This document shows, piece after piece, positions 16,051 to 25,906 of a stretch of DNA of 64,000 nt (position 1 is its first letter; every line of letters begins with the position of its first letter). The notes below the pieces were generated by a model that saw only the letters and a list, made by a program, of their open reading frames with translations, ran no database searches and was not told the origin of the DNA. This stretch comes from a virus. A program made the position numbers and the translations under genes. The DNA lies in IMG/VR virus record IMGVR_UViG_3300023174_000056, positions 1 through 64,000 of that record; one strand, given 5' to 3'.

Positions 16051-16381
16051 TTTTATTTACCACCTTTTGAACTCCAACAGCGTGCTTACAAGTCTTTCGA
16101 TAGCGGAATCCGCTACATTCACAGGTAATGCTCTTGTTTTTCCACACCTCGACTTTATATGTTTTACCCTTGCTTTTAACTTCATATTTTTTGAGCGGCG
16201 CTTCTGTGACATATTCTTTTTTCCTCATATAAAGATGAACATTGTCTATTGTTGTGCCTTCTGGTACAGGCAACCATTGCCCGCCTCCAACTGCATACAA
16301 TTGCTTATTATCTGTGCCACGAATTAGACATGGGCTATAAGTTGATTCCACGGGATATTTTGGCGTCGTCAGCATAGACAC
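16040..16381 (-). CDS. SWIM zinc-finger protein
   Basis: YKVEV...TCECSGFRYRKTCKH. Confidence 0.85.
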   Translation of the reverse strand: MSMLTTPKYPVESTYSPCLIRGTDNKQLYAVGGGQWLPVPEGTTIDNVHLYMRKKEYVTEAPLKKYEVKSKGKTYKVEVWKNKSITCECSGFRYRKTCKHAVGVQKVVNKIAS

Positions 16382-16602
16382 ACTCTATCACAGGGACTGT
16401 GGCGTGTCAAGTCCTTGAAATTCCACAGTATATCTACCATCCTTGTTCATGGCTAGAATCATCATGTGTTCTATCAGATAAGAAAAATCATCTGCGTTAA
16501 AACCATCTTGCTCCCTAGGTATATCAAAGCTTATAATTACTCTCTCAGCGTCTTTAGAGATCTTAGCCTCAAACTTGCCTTGAGTTATTTTTATCGTTTC
16601 CA

Positions 16603-17613
16603 TCATAGCCTCTCTGGTGAGTCAGACCAATAAATTTCTGTTGATCTTGGGAGTTTATTAACAAACCACTCCTTCATCTGATCCTCTGATTTGAATTCTA
16701 ATAGCGCACCAGATTCATCATAAATCTTCCATTGCTTAATATCTCTCAGGATATCGGCTTTATTAAATACAATCTTATTAGCTCCATTTAGATCGATAGC
16801 CTTGAAAAGGCTTTTTGTATTAATCCAATTACATTGTCTTGCTCTTCCAGTTGTTGCGCCATATTCTGCACCTTTTTCACGGATTTCATTAAAAATTGAA
16901 TCCTCTGGCTCAAACTTTTTCATTCCAACATAAGTCTCATAAACCTTAGCAACGCCCCAGACATTACGGATCCTTCTTGGAGGAACACCATTAGCAATTG
17001 CAGCAGCAACAGTACATCCACTAGAAGTAACATAAGGATAGTCTCCCCAGTCAATATCCAATCCAAAGCCCTGCGCACCTTCAAAAAGGATTCTATTAAT
17101 CTCTCTAGAAGTGTATAGTTCTTCATACATATCAATTAGATATGGCTTTAAAATTTCTACCTGTTCCGCTCGTATGCCCTTACGCCAATGTTTGTCACGA
17201 TAGGCTTGACCGACTCCACGCTTGGTTGTTCCGATAGTGTTATCTTGTCGGTCTTCTTCAATGTGTTCGCTAGTAATGATGTGCGCATTGCGGGCGATGA
17301 AAACAACGCCATCAGTTTTAATACCACCATCTTGAAGCTCCTTTAATTCTTTAAAAAAATGTTCAACGTTTACCACACAGCCCGGTCCAATGATGCTCTT
17401 AATACCAAAAAATACTCCGCTTGGAATACTGTGTGTTACAAACTTTTTTCCTTGATGATAAATTGTATGACCAGCATTATTACCACCGTTATAACGAACA
17501 ACGTGTGTATAATTTTCTCTTTTGCATAATTGGTGTGTTACTTTGCCCTTGCCGCTATCTCCATAAGCCAAATCTACTACAACATCTGCGTAATCAATCA
17601 TATATTCTCCCAA
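16603..17613 (-). CDS. purA: Adenylosuccinate synthetase (short form)
   Basis: GDSGKGK, GGNNAGHT, EGAQG, DWGDYPYVTSS, EYGATTGRAR. Confidence 0.95.
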   Translation of the reverse strand: MGEYMIDYADVVVDLAYGDSGKGKVTHQLCKRENYTHVVRYNGGNNAGHTIYHQGKKFVTHSIPSGVFFGIKSIIGPGCVVNVEHFFKELKELQDGGIKTDGVVFIARNAHIITSEHIEEDRQDNTIGTTKRGVGQAYRDKHWRKGIRAEQVEILKPYLIDMYEELYTSREINRILFEGAQGFGLDIDWGDYPYVTSSGCTVAAAIANGVPPRRIRNVWGVAKVYETYVGMKKFEPEDSIFNEIREKGAEYGATTGRARQCNWINTKSLFKAIDLNGANKIVFNKADILRDIKQWKIYDESGALLEFKSEDQMKEWFVNKLPRSTEIYWSDSPERL

Positions 17614-18296
17614 TCAAATTGTATCTTGACTCTATCATCACTATAGCACAGCCTACGGTAGTGTTCAACATCTGCGCTCCACCGCATACCCGTCCACCAT
17701 TCAAAACCGTCGTAATAGCTTTTATAAATTGAACAGCTTTCATACCCAGAAGATAAATAAACAAAATCATATTTTTTTAATTTTGCATAAGAGCATAAGT
17801 AATGAATATTTAATCTTCCAAGAGATAGTTTAGAATCTTCATAATCCCAAGCAAATTCAACAGCAAATATGTTATTTGCCAATAATTTAAAAAAACAAAA
17901 GCCAATTATTTTTCCATCGTAAGTATAATAAACATGACCATTTGAGGTTTTTATTATATCTTCTAATGTATAATCTTGGCTTTTGAAATTTTTATATTTT
18001 ATGTATTTATTGTATATTTCACCAAATATTTTTTTCTTATTTTCTGTGAGAGAAATATCAAAATAGACTTTTATTTTTTTACTTTTACTTAAAAGTTTTT
18101 TATTTGGTAAATAATTTTTAATATTGATTCTTGTTGATCTTGTTTGAAACCATAAATTATTAACTAATGGACACCATCCACCCTCTATGGCTTGGCTATA
18201 TTCTTCTTCGCCTACTATGGCACCAATTGGAACATAAATATATGATTGATCACGCATTTTACCGAAACCATGCGTGTGGTCATATATTATCTTCAT
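17598..18296 (-). CDS. Aminoacyl-tRNA-protein transferase, ATE/Bpt-like
   Basis: GW motif, TRSTRIN, WDYEDSKLSLG, YL.SGY...SIYK pattern of the ATE C-terminal domain. Confidence 0.75.
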   Translation of the reverse strand: MKIIYDHTHGFGKMRDQSYIYVPIGAIVGEEEYSQAIEGGWCPLVNNLWFQTRSTRINIKNYLPNKKLLSKSKKIKVYFDISLTENKKKIFGEIYNKYIKYKNFKSQDYTLEDIIKTSNGHVYYTYDGKIIGFCFFKLLANNIFAVEFAWDYEDSKLSLGRLNIHYLCSYAKLKKYDFVYLSSGYESCSIYKSYYDGFEWWTGMRWSADVEHYRRLCYSDDRVKIQFDWENI

Positions 18297-18299
18297 ACT

Positions 18300-18581
18300 T
18301 TAATCGTCTTCTGGATCTGTCGGATAATCTAAATCGTCTTCCGACACTTCATCGTGGATTAATTCGTTTTCGTCTACTTCATCTTCGTATGATCCACGAA
18401 GAACATCTTTTTTAGCTAAATCCCAATAAGCAAGCTCATCAGCTGCTTCGGCTATCAACTCTTCAACTTTTTCTTGATGATCTTCATCCAAAAGATCTAA
18501 TTCAAGAAATTCTTGATAGCGTTCTTCGGCTTCTTCAACTGACATCTTGTGATTTTTTAATCCACGACAAATCAAGCACAT
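18300..18581 (-). CDS. Acidic hypothetical protein
   Basis: MCLIC start, GGAG RBS, promoter at 18616-18644. Confidence 0.7.
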   Translation of the reverse strand: MCLICRGLKNHKMSVEEAEERYQEFLELDLLDEDHQEKVEELIAEAADELAYWDLAKKDVLRGSYEDEVDENELIHDEVSEDDLDYPTDPEDD

Positions 18582-18649
18582 TTATTTTCTCCAATAAGTT
18601 AATGGTAATAGAAATCTTATAGCATGTTTTTTTTATGCTGTAAAGACAC

Positions 18650-19015
18650 TTATTTAAGTGTTAATAAATATTTAAGCTTGCTAATATTTCCAAGCATTTC
18701 ATCACGAATATTTAATAAATCGGTATCAGTCTGTGGATCTAACTGTTCTGATAGGCTTGTTAGGAACTCTGATGTTCCTTCAACAAAGTCAGATAGATCT
18801 AGTTGACTCATATTTATAATTTGTATTGAATTATTTTTTAATACAAATCTTCCATATTTGCCCATAACTCCTTCCATGAAGGAATCAATTAAATCGCCAA
18901 GGGCAGCATAAGTATCACCAAATGCTTTATGTTGTGCATAACTTTCTGTTTGCCAATGCAAAATTCTTAATTGTTGTTCTATACCGATCAAAGTATTAAT
19001 CATAATTGGATCCAT
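18650..19015 (-). CDS. Ferritin-like four-helix protein (DUF5856-type)
   Basis: LHWQT.SYAQHKAF...D.FME...GKYGR...NIRDEML...KYLLTL. Confidence 0.8.
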   Translation of the reverse strand: MDPIMINTLIGIEQQLRILHWQTESYAQHKAFGDTYAALGDLIDSFMEGVMGKYGRFVLKNNSIQIINMSQLDLSDFVEGTSEFLTSLSEQLDPQTDTDLLNIRDEMLGNISKLKYLLTLK

Positions 19016-19016
19016 T

Positions 19017-19529
19017 TTAGCTCCTTCTACCTTCTATTTTGTTTATATTAAATTTATATTTATCTTTGAACTCTTTTGTATATAGTTCAACCTTATCTGG
19101 TTCGTCTTCCCACATTTCAATTTCTTTTATTGTTGGGTTGTCTTTTAACAACATATGAATTTTTTCTAACTTAAATTCTCCAGTGCTTCTTCCAAATTCA
19201 TTACACCAAATATGCTTAAAATTTAAGTTCTTCTGTGCAACTAATTCAGTAATACGGTCGTGAAAAACATTACCAACTCTACCTGTCATCAGAATAACGC
19301 AATTCGTTGCATCACTTAGCTCTTTTTTCGCTGCTTCTACTACTTCCATGTTCCAATAAGAATCATCCGGCGCTTCAGGGACTGCTGGTGGATTTAAAGA
19401 TTTTGCTTCGATCCACCAATTACCTTTATATCCTTCTGGTTTCTCTGGGCTTTTAAACAGAGTCCCATCAAAATCAAAAACAGATAATTTTATACATTTT
19501 TTACTGCCAGATATCTTTATCTTTATCAT
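19017..19529 (-). CDS. HAD phosphatase (RNA-repair 'Swiss Army knife' type)
   Basis: VFDFDGTLFKSP, WW, LMTGR, FK, MWED. Confidence 0.8.
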   Translation of the reverse strand: MIKIKISGSKKCIKLSVFDFDGTLFKSPEKPEGYKGNWWIEAKSLNPPAVPEAPDDSYWNMEVVEAAKKELSDATNCVILMTGRVGNVFHDRITELVAQKNLNFKHIWCNEFGRSTGEFKLEKIHMLLKDNPTIKEIEMWEDEPDKVELYTKEFKDKYKFNINKIEGRRS

Positions 19530-19530
19530 T

Positions 19531-19875
19531 TTATCCTGTTCTACCGCCCTTCATGTAACGGGCTACTGAATTCAACATTGAAGATGCAACCGCAATTTTT
19601 TCTTCTACCCAAGGTTCTAAATTCTCGTCGTCCTGTATCATGTCCACCAGCATCATAGCATCCTCTGCTGCGTTACGCAAGTTATTTTTTGCCATGCTGC
19701 CTTCATATCCATCGGGATCTTTTGGTCTGTCGCCATGAATAGTAGGTTCTTCTGTTTGCATTCCTTTTGCGCCACCAATATAGCCATGAGCTTGCAAAGG
19801 AGTTCCAACGCCTAATTTAATAACTTTTAGTTCATCCTCAATCATTTCTCTTAACAAGTTTTTTGTGATCTTCAT
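19531..19875 (-). CDS. Probable virion-associated protein
   Basis: MKITKxxL leader; EGSMAKNNL...LEPWVEEKI. Confidence 0.7.
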   Translation of the reverse strand: MKITKNLLREMIEDELKVIKLGVGTPLQAHGYIGGAKGMQTEEPTIHGDRPKDPDGYEGSMAKNNLRNAAEDAMMLVDMIQDDENLEPWVEEKIAVASSMLNSVARYMKGGRTG

Positions 19876-20441
19876 TTCTTTTTTCCTTTTGCTTTTAGTT
19901 GTTTTTCTAATTTTTCTATACGTTCCTCTAAGTCCTCTAGAGGATTGCTATTAGCCGTTAGTAAACTAGATTCTTTATTTTCTAATGCTGCAACTCTTGC
20001 AGAAATAGAAGCAAACTTTGCAGAAGCTTTTATTTGATGTGTTTTACAGTCGGTTGGTTCATCTTTTTCTTCTTCTGGCGTTTTATTATTTTTAGCTTTA
20101 AATTTATTTTTGATAAAACTTTTAGCTAAATTTGTTAAAGCGGGCATCCCTGCTGATGAAACCGCACCTGCCAATGCGCCTACTATTGCAGTAACAGCAG
20201 CGCTATGATCTGCTGCTGGTTCTGGCTTTTTTACAACTGGGTCGGATTTTGCCTGTTCCACCGTTGCTACAGTTTTTACTGTATCAACTTTTTCTTCAGC
20301 TTTAAAGGATGATTCATCATCTCCAAAAAAAGAAATAGAGTCTAGATCTTGACGATCAGAATATTTTGATAATTCTGATAGGTCTTTTACCTCTATTTTT
20401 GTACCATCTTTTAGGGTTACTAATGCTTTTTGCTCTGCCAT
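19872..20441 (-). CDS. Hypothetical protein with hydrophobic segment and coiled coil
   Basis: Packed ORF. Confidence 0.65.
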   Translation of the reverse strand: MAEQKALVTLKDGTKIEVKDLSELSKYSDRQDLDSISFFGDDESSFKAEEKVDTVKTVATVEQAKSDPVVKKPEPAADHSAAVTAIVGALAGAVSSAGMPALTNLAKSFIKNKFKAKNNKTPEEEKDEPTDCKTHQIKASAKFASISARVAALENKESSLLTANSNPLEDLEERIEKLEKQLKAKGKKK

Positions 20442-20442
20442 G

Positions 20443-20904
20443 TTATCTTATCTCTATGATAAATTGCTCTTTCTTTACGCCCTTGTCTAATATGTATTGC
20501 TCTGCTTCTTTTGCGAAATCTTTGCTTAACTTTCCGGACTTATTATAAAATATAATTTTTATGTTCTTAAGGCTACTATTTTTTAATAATGCTATAGCAG
20601 AATTATCAAGTATTGGAATTATTTTCTTTTTTTCTTCTGCATCTTCTTTGACGAAAAAATCTTTTTTCTTTGGTTGCTCTTCTTTATCTTTTTTGCCTTT
20701 TATCTCTTCATATTGTATTTTAAAACAATTTGGCATATTTGAACAATTATGTTTTGTAGCTAAATCATACCAAAACAATTGAACACATCCTTGACTATCT
20801 ATTTCTATACCTTCCCAATTACAATTAATTTTTTCTACTGTTTCACCATCACTTTTTAAACTCAAACATAAAATAGCTAATAAAATTATAAATAAGCGTT
20901 TCAA
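20443..20904 (-). CDS. Secreted or membrane-anchored hypothetical protein
   Basis: Signal-peptide-like N-terminus; GGAGG RBS. Confidence 0.65.
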   Translation of the reverse strand: MKRLFIILLAILCLSLKSDGETVEKINCNWEGIEIDSQGCVQLFWYDLATKHNCSNMPNCFKIQYEEIKGKKDKEEQPKKKDFFVKEDAEEKKKIIPILDNSAIALLKNSSLKNIKIIFYNKSGKLSKDFAKEAEQYILDKGVKKEQFIIEIR

Positions 20905-20919
20905 TTTAGTTTCCTCCGC

Positions 20920-21204
20920 TTATTTTTTACCCTTGGCTTCCTTTGCTTTCTTTTTTAGCTTATCGGCTTTAGCTTTGGCTTCGGCAGCTTTTGCTTCTAA
21001 TTCTAATTTTTTCATTTCAAGTTCGTGTTTTTGTTCGCTTTTCTTTTGCCAGAACTTCCAGCCAGCGCCTGAGCCTAAGACGACAACTGCGACTAGGATA
21101 ACTGTTACAACTGGATTGCCGCCAGTTAATTCTTTTAATTGGCCTAACTCGCCAGCCATCGTTTGTGGTTGTGCGATACTAGCTACTGTTTCTTGATTTT
21201 CCAT
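20920..21204 (-). CDS. Single-TM protein with Lys-rich tail
   Basis: TM VVTVILVAVVVLGSGAGW. Confidence 0.7.
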   Translation of the reverse strand: MENQETVASIAQPQTMAGELGQLKELTGGNPVVTVILVAVVVLGSGAGWKFWQKKSEQKHELEMKKLELEAKAAEAKAKADKLKKKAKEAKGKK

Positions 21205-21517
21205 CTCCTTTCTCCTCCTTGGGGAAAATTATTTTTGCTGCCTTTGGGTAAAAATAGTTGCAGCAACCGTGCTTACTCGATACATATGCTTTCACATCTG
21301 AGTTCTCGCAGAAATCCTCTTCATTAAGGCTGCGGCATGAGCCACAGGCGAAACCTTTTGCTTCCTCACTTATTTCCATATAACCAACATGCTTGTCGGC
21401 AATACGGTTTAATGTTTTTTTATTGTTTTTTGCTAATGTTTTATTTTCAATTATTAATAGTTTAATCATTTTATTCCGACTCTCCAAAACTTTCACCGGG
21501 GGCAGCAGTTGCCGCAC
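21179..21517 (-). CDS. Small Cys-rich protein with HiPIP-like spacing
   Basis: GY...GFACGSC-x8-C-x13-GCC; likely start MIKLL. Confidence 0.55.
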   Translation of the reverse strand: MRQLLPPVKVLESRNKMIKLLIIENKTLAKNNKKTLNRIADKHVGYMEISEEAKGFACGSCRSLNEEDFCENSDVKAYVSSKHGCCNYFYPKAAKIIFPKEEKGDGKSRNSS

Positions 21518-23369
21518 CGGCAGATTTGCTTTTTATTTTTTTAACTTTTTCTCTGTATCCGCCAGCAACACCTTTACCATGAACTGGTTTTAATGGAACA
21601 GATATAGAGCTTTTATCTTTTTCTGGAGTTCCTGGTCCAAATTTTGGTGGCATCCCGTCTTTTCTTTTTGCTTCCATTTTTTGTTTTCTAATTTCTTTCA
21701 TTTTTTGTAAATATTTTTTCATGGAATCAGCAAGCGTTTTGGCACCCTCAATTTCTTTTAAATATTCTTCTTCAAGCTCAGGGTATTTCTTGTGCATTTC
21801 AGTCTGGCGCTTGTGCGCCCATTTTAAATCTTGTTTTGTATAATCTCTTTCTTGTCTTTTAGCTCTAGCTTTTGCTCTCTTTTTCCAAATTTTGCTTAAA
21901 CGGGCTTCTTGTAAAGATTCGATCCCTATTGCAATATCGTAAAGAGTCATACCAGCGTCAACTAGTAGATCCTCCAAAGATTCTATAGTCCAGCCATTTG
22001 GTATTAGTTCCTCACAAGTAGCAAGGGCTTCATGCGCTTTCATCAGGTAAGTATCTGTGTTTTCCCCACTATAGATATAAGCCTTATTTAATGGATCTCC
22101 ATCATATCTTGGGTGTATAACACAGTCGTCTTCTTCTGTTGGAGTTTTTGGTTTTTTAATATCATCAAATGAATCATGCACTTCACCAGTTTTTGGATCT
22201 CTAACTGTTTTAGTTTTAACACCTGATGATGACATATCAACCCATGCTTTTGTAGCAGATGGGCTGACAAAATCACGGTCTGGCGTTAGACCTTCTGGGT
22301 GGTCTGACATAACTATTTTATATAAAAACTTTCCAAGGCCCTTACCTTTTAAATTTTTGTTAACAGCAGAAACCTTAACATGGCTTGCATTCATACAAGT
22401 GCCATATTCTGATTTTAGTTCTGGTGTATTTTCTGCAATTTTAATAGCACTGACAACAATATTATTATCAATTAAATCTTTTTTCTTTATGTCGGGATTT
22501 TGTGGATCTAAGGATTTGTAAAAATTTAGTAGTTTATCTATATCAATTAATACATAATTAACGTTTAAACCACTACCAACTTTTACTACTCCAAAATTAC
22601 TTTTTTCTGATTGCTCTTTTAAAAAATTTCTAAAATTTATTGTGAGAGATTCTGCTGTTGGTTGCATAGTTGGTGTTTTAACTCCTTTAAAGCTGTCATA
22701 TGACACGATTTGATCAAAACCTTCCGAGCTATGCGGTTTGGTTATTTTAGAAAACATTACGTCATATACCTTGCTTGGAACATCTCTAGTAAATGACGAC
22801 CCAAGCTCCTTTTTCATTTGCGCCGCTCTTTCAGAGGCTCTTTTTTCTATTTCTTTTCTATATTGCTCAAACTCAAAATAAACAGCAACTGTCCTGTACT
22901 CAGGGTGACTTTTAACTAAATTTAAAGCTTTTGATCTTTCTACGCTTGTTCCATTTACTGCATCAATGATAATATTATCTGGTTTTGTGATAAAACTTGC
23001 TAAAATTTGTTTTTTAATTTGCTTTTCTACTTCTTCATTTGCTTCAAGAATATTTTTAAAAGCTTTCTTGCCTCTTCTATCTTCTATAACTTTACCATAC
23101 TTCTCAAAACCACTTATAGTTTCACCAATTTTAGAATCTTTTGGAGGAACTAATGTGTATAATTCGTTGTTTGCTATATTATATTTTGGAAAAATTTGGT
23201 CTTCTATAATTTGGTCACGGCTTATAACAGTATATGTTTCTCCACTTTCCTCAATAAAATGTTTAATCCAGCTTGTTTTTCCAACAGCAGGAGGGCCAAC
23301 AAGAACATAAAATGTCTTACTTGTCTCTTCTTCTTCACGAAGCCAATTATGAAATTTTTTTGTATTCAT
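21471..23369 (-). CDS. Fusion: PNK/AAA_33-type P-loop kinase, GNAT-like domain, basic tail
   Basis: LVGPPAVGKT, ISRD, IIIDAVN; V....KGKGLGKFLY. Confidence 0.8.
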   Translation of the reverse strand: MNTKKFHNWLREEEETSKTFYVLVGPPAVGKTSWIKHFIEESGETYTVISRDQIIEDQIFPKYNIANNELYTLVPPKDSKIGETISGFEKYGKVIEDRRGKKAFKNILEANEEVEKQIKKQILASFITKPDNIIIDAVNGTSVERSKALNLVKSHPEYRTVAVYFEFEQYRKEIEKRASERAAQMKKELGSSFTRDVPSKVYDVMFSKITKPHSSEGFDQIVSYDSFKGVKTPTMQPTAESLTINFRNFLKEQSEKSNFGVVKVGSGLNVNYVLIDIDKLLNFYKSLDPQNPDIKKKDLIDNNIVVSAIKIAENTPELKSEYGTCMNASHVKVSAVNKNLKGKGLGKFLYKIVMSDHPEGLTPDRDFVSPSATKAWVDMSSSGVKTKTVRDPKTGEVHDSFDDIKKPKTPTEEDDCVIHPRYDGDPLNKAYIYSGENTDTYLMKAHEALATCEELIPNGWTIESLEDLLVDAGMTLYDIAIGIESLQEARLSKIWKKRAKARAKRQERDYTKQDLKWAHKRQTEMHKKYPELEEEYLKEIEGAKTLADSMKKYLQKMKEIRKQKMEAKRKDGMPPKFGPGTPEKDKSSISVPLKPVHGKGVAGGYREKVKKIKSKSAGAATAAPGESFGESE

Positions 23370-23370
23370 T

Positions 23371-24270
23371 TCATTTTCCTGTTATCTTACTCAATATTTT
23401 TTCTGCGTCTTTTTCGTTCTTTTTTACTTTTTCTAATGAAGATTTAGAAAATGCATTTGATCTTCTGGAGGCTTTAATGCCCTTTTCGTAGCCAGCTCTT
23501 ACATCTAAGTTCTTGTGCGCTTCTACGATTTTTGTCATTTTATCCATAGCTTGCATCAATGTTTGAACATCTGCTAGCGCAGCGTGCCAGTTTTTATTGC
23601 TTATATCTAAAGTCCTTGATAGACTTCCTAATGTAAACGATGGAATACCTTTAGGTGCTATTTTTTTCTTTAATTCTAGCTCTTTTACTGTTTCAATTAT
23701 TGGATAAAATACCTCTCTTGCAAATACAAGGCTATTCATTGTTTTTGGGTTTAAAGCTTTTATACCGTATTTAGAAGATCTGACCGACACAAAATTCCTA
23801 TCAAATGTTGCGTTATGTGCAACTAAAACAACTTCTTTGCCGGTAGAGATTTTATTTATAAAATCATTAAACTCACGCATTGCATCTGATTCATCAATTC
23901 TATCAGCGTCATCTTTCCAATAATCAGTCATTTTTAATATTTCTTCTATAGATTTACCACCTTTAGCAATTATTTCTGGGTGGTTCTTTTCATCTTCAAT
24001 TCTTTTCTTTGTTTCATCAGTTAAATTTACTTTTTTGTGGTAAACGTTATCTGGAGAAATTTCAGAATTTAAATTTTCTGGATCTACAGCGACAGCTGCA
24101 ATTTCTGTAATTTGTCGTTTATGTGCTAGAAGACCAGTGGTTTCTGTATCAAATATAATCCAGATTTTATTTTCTTTATACTTGTTAAAATTAGATAATA
24201 ATTGACCAGCAGTAACTGCAACCTTTTTATCTTCTTCTTTTAAGAATCTTTTTATTTTAATTTTAAGCAT
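23371..24270 (-). CDS. DEDDh 3'-5' exonuclease (DnaQ-like)
   Basis: FDTETTG, VAHNATFD, WHAALADV; start reassigned to MLKIKIK. Confidence 0.9.
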   Translation of the reverse strand: MLKIKIKRFLKEEDKKVAVTAGQLLSNFNKYKENKIWIIFDTETTGLLAHKRQITEIAAVAVDPENLNSEISPDNVYHKKVNLTDETKKRIEDEKNHPEIIAKGGKSIEEILKMTDYWKDDADRIDESDAMREFNDFINKISTGKEVVLVAHNATFDRNFVSVRSSKYGIKALNPKTMNSLVFAREVFYPIIETVKELELKKKIAPKGIPSFTLGSLSRTLDISNKNWHAALADVQTLMQAMDKMTKIVEAHKNLDVRAGYEKGIKASRRSNAFSKSSLEKVKKNEKDAEKILSKITGK

Positions 24271-24271
24271 A

Positions 24272-24682
24272 TTACCACTTCCTGCATGACCAATAACGAG
24301 CTTTGGTTCTTGGCCCAGGATTTGAGCAATTATGACGGGCACGAAATGATTTGCGGCGCTTTGGATTGCTTTTCTTAATACGCATCTTTTTATCACCAAA
24401 GTTTACTTTTTTAATGTTTCCGGTTTTTGGATCACGTACATAAACTTTAAACTTCTTGACATCACCACGCATTGGTTTACCAAGTGGTACTTTATGACCA
24501 CGGTATTCTGCTTCTTCCAATTTATCTGGGCATCCACAAGTTAAATCTTCATATAAACAAGCTTCGCAAACTGGTGTACCGTCTTCAAGGACGGCATCAT
24601 CATCACCCAACTCTTCAATAATCAAGGTTTCTTCGATGGACTCTTTAATTATTTTAATCAATTCCTCTTTTAAAATTTTCAT
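24272..24682 (-). CDS. Conserved myophage protein (RRKSFRARHNC/ARYWSC type)
   Basis: EAEYRG...KKFKVYV...RRKSFRARHNC...ARYWSC. Confidence 0.8.
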   Translation of the reverse strand: MKILKEELIKIIKESIEETLIIEELGDDDAVLEDGTPVCEACLYEDLTCGCPDKLEEAEYRGHKVPLGKPMRGDVKKFKVYVRDPKTGNIKKVNFGDKKMRIKKSNPKRRKSFRARHNCSNPGPRTKARYWSCRKW

Positions 24683-25393
24683 TTATTCTTCCTCTTTCTT
24701 TTTTGGTTTCCATGAAACTCTGCTTGAACTTTTCTTTTTGGACGTTCCAGAACGTGTGCAAGCACTTGGAGTTGGTCTACAGGCAGGATACTTTGAACGC
24801 TTTTCGCCCTCTCCACGACCACATGATTTACAAGTTTTTCGACCAGTCTCTGGGTCTTTGCGACAAGTGTTACAATCAATCCATCCCTTTTTCTTACCTT
24901 TTTCACCACGGCGTCCAAACCAAACACTTAAATCTTCTTTTTCTTCTTCAATAAAAGTGTCCTCTTCTAACACGCTTAAATCAAGTTCTAAGGATTCTTC
25001 TTTTTTTGATTTTTTCTTACGTTTGCGGCCAACTTTACCCTTGCGGCAGCGAACTATAAAGCCAGAAGCATATGCACTTGGGAATACTTTGTACTTACGT
25101 TTTGCCAAGTGATAGCAGCGGTCTTTTTTTTCGTATAAAGTCTCATCAGGTAATTCTATTTCTTCTTCGTCACTATCTAATATATCAAAATATTTAACTT
25201 TTTCTTCATGGTTGCTGCCATCTTCCATTGCATATCTTGGCAAAGATATAGGATTATGGTCGTGACCAGCAGTTTTAGTGTATTCGTCAGATGCTCCAAA
25301 CCCGCTAATTTTTGTTGGGGTATGTTGAACGTCTACCTTTTCTATAGGTTTGCGGTTTCGTGACTCATCAGTCAAAATTTTTATTTTAATCAT
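24683..25393 (-). CDS. Conserved myophage basic Cys-containing protein
   Basis: YKVFPSAYASG..V.CRK and WF...GWIDC...CGR...YPACRP modules. Confidence 0.75.
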   Translation of the reverse strand: MIKIKILTDESRNRKPIEKVDVQHTPTKISGFGASDEYTKTAGHDHNPISLPRYAMEDGSNHEEKVKYFDILDSDEEEIELPDETLYEKKDRCYHLAKRKYKVFPSAYASGFIVRCRKGKVGRKRKKKSKKEESLELDLSVLEEDTFIEEEKEDLSVWFGRRGEKGKKKGWIDCNTCRKDPETGRKTCKSCGRGEGEKRSKYPACRPTPSACTRSGTSKKKSSSRVSWKPKKKEEE

Positions 25394-25416
25394 GCTATAA
25401 GTAGTTTACATAAAAC

Positions 25417-25444
25417 AAAACGGGAGGCGTTTCTGCCTCCCGTT
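25417..25444 (-). terminator. Intrinsic terminator after Hsp20
   Basis: AACGGGAGGC/GCCTCCCGTTTT. Confidence 0.8.
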
Positions 25445-25466
25445 ATATTAACATATAATTATGTTT

Positions 25467-25832
25467 TTAGTTTACTTTAATATTTACAGATTTCTTTTCT
25501 GGCCGAATCCTTGGAATAGTAACTGTTAAAAGCCCATTTTCCAATTTTGCTGAGATGTTTGAGACATCTGCATCGTCTTTTAATGAAAAACTAATATTTG
25601 AAGCTCTAACAAACTTTGATGTTTTTGTTGGTTTAGTTTCAACTAGCAACCGTTTTTCTTCAACCCTAACACTTAGTTCTTCTTTAGAAATTCCAATAAG
25701 CGGCGTCTCTATAACATATGAATCCTTAGAAGAATATGTAAAATACGTTTCATGCGAAATTGTTGAATAATCAAACTCTTTCATAATATCTCTAAATAAT
25801 CTCTCATACGGTGTATACACTACTTGTGACAT
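25467..25832 (-). CDS. Small heat-shock protein (Hsp20)
   Basis: ISAKLENGLLTVTIP alpha-crystallin motif. Confidence 0.92.
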   Translation of the reverse strand: MSQVVYTPYERLFRDIMKEFDYSTISHETYFTYSSKDSYVIETPLIGISKEELSVRVEEKRLLVETKPTKTSKFVRASNISFSLKDDADVSNISAKLENGLLTVTIPRIRPEKKSVNIKVN

Positions 25833-25906
25833 TTTTTTCTCCTTTTTGTTAAGCTGAACACCGCCAGCACAAAATAAGATAAAGCTTTTTATTTTTTTGT
25901 CAAGAA

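Noticed and set aside
16603-17613. Possible PurZ (Z-genome)
   Set aside because: The catalytic Asp is retained (GDSGKGK) where PurZ has Ser, so it is called PurA.
24271-24399. N-terminal extension of the exonuclease ORF
   Set aside because: It overlaps the conserved 24272-24682 gene; ATG 24270 follows that gene's stop directly.
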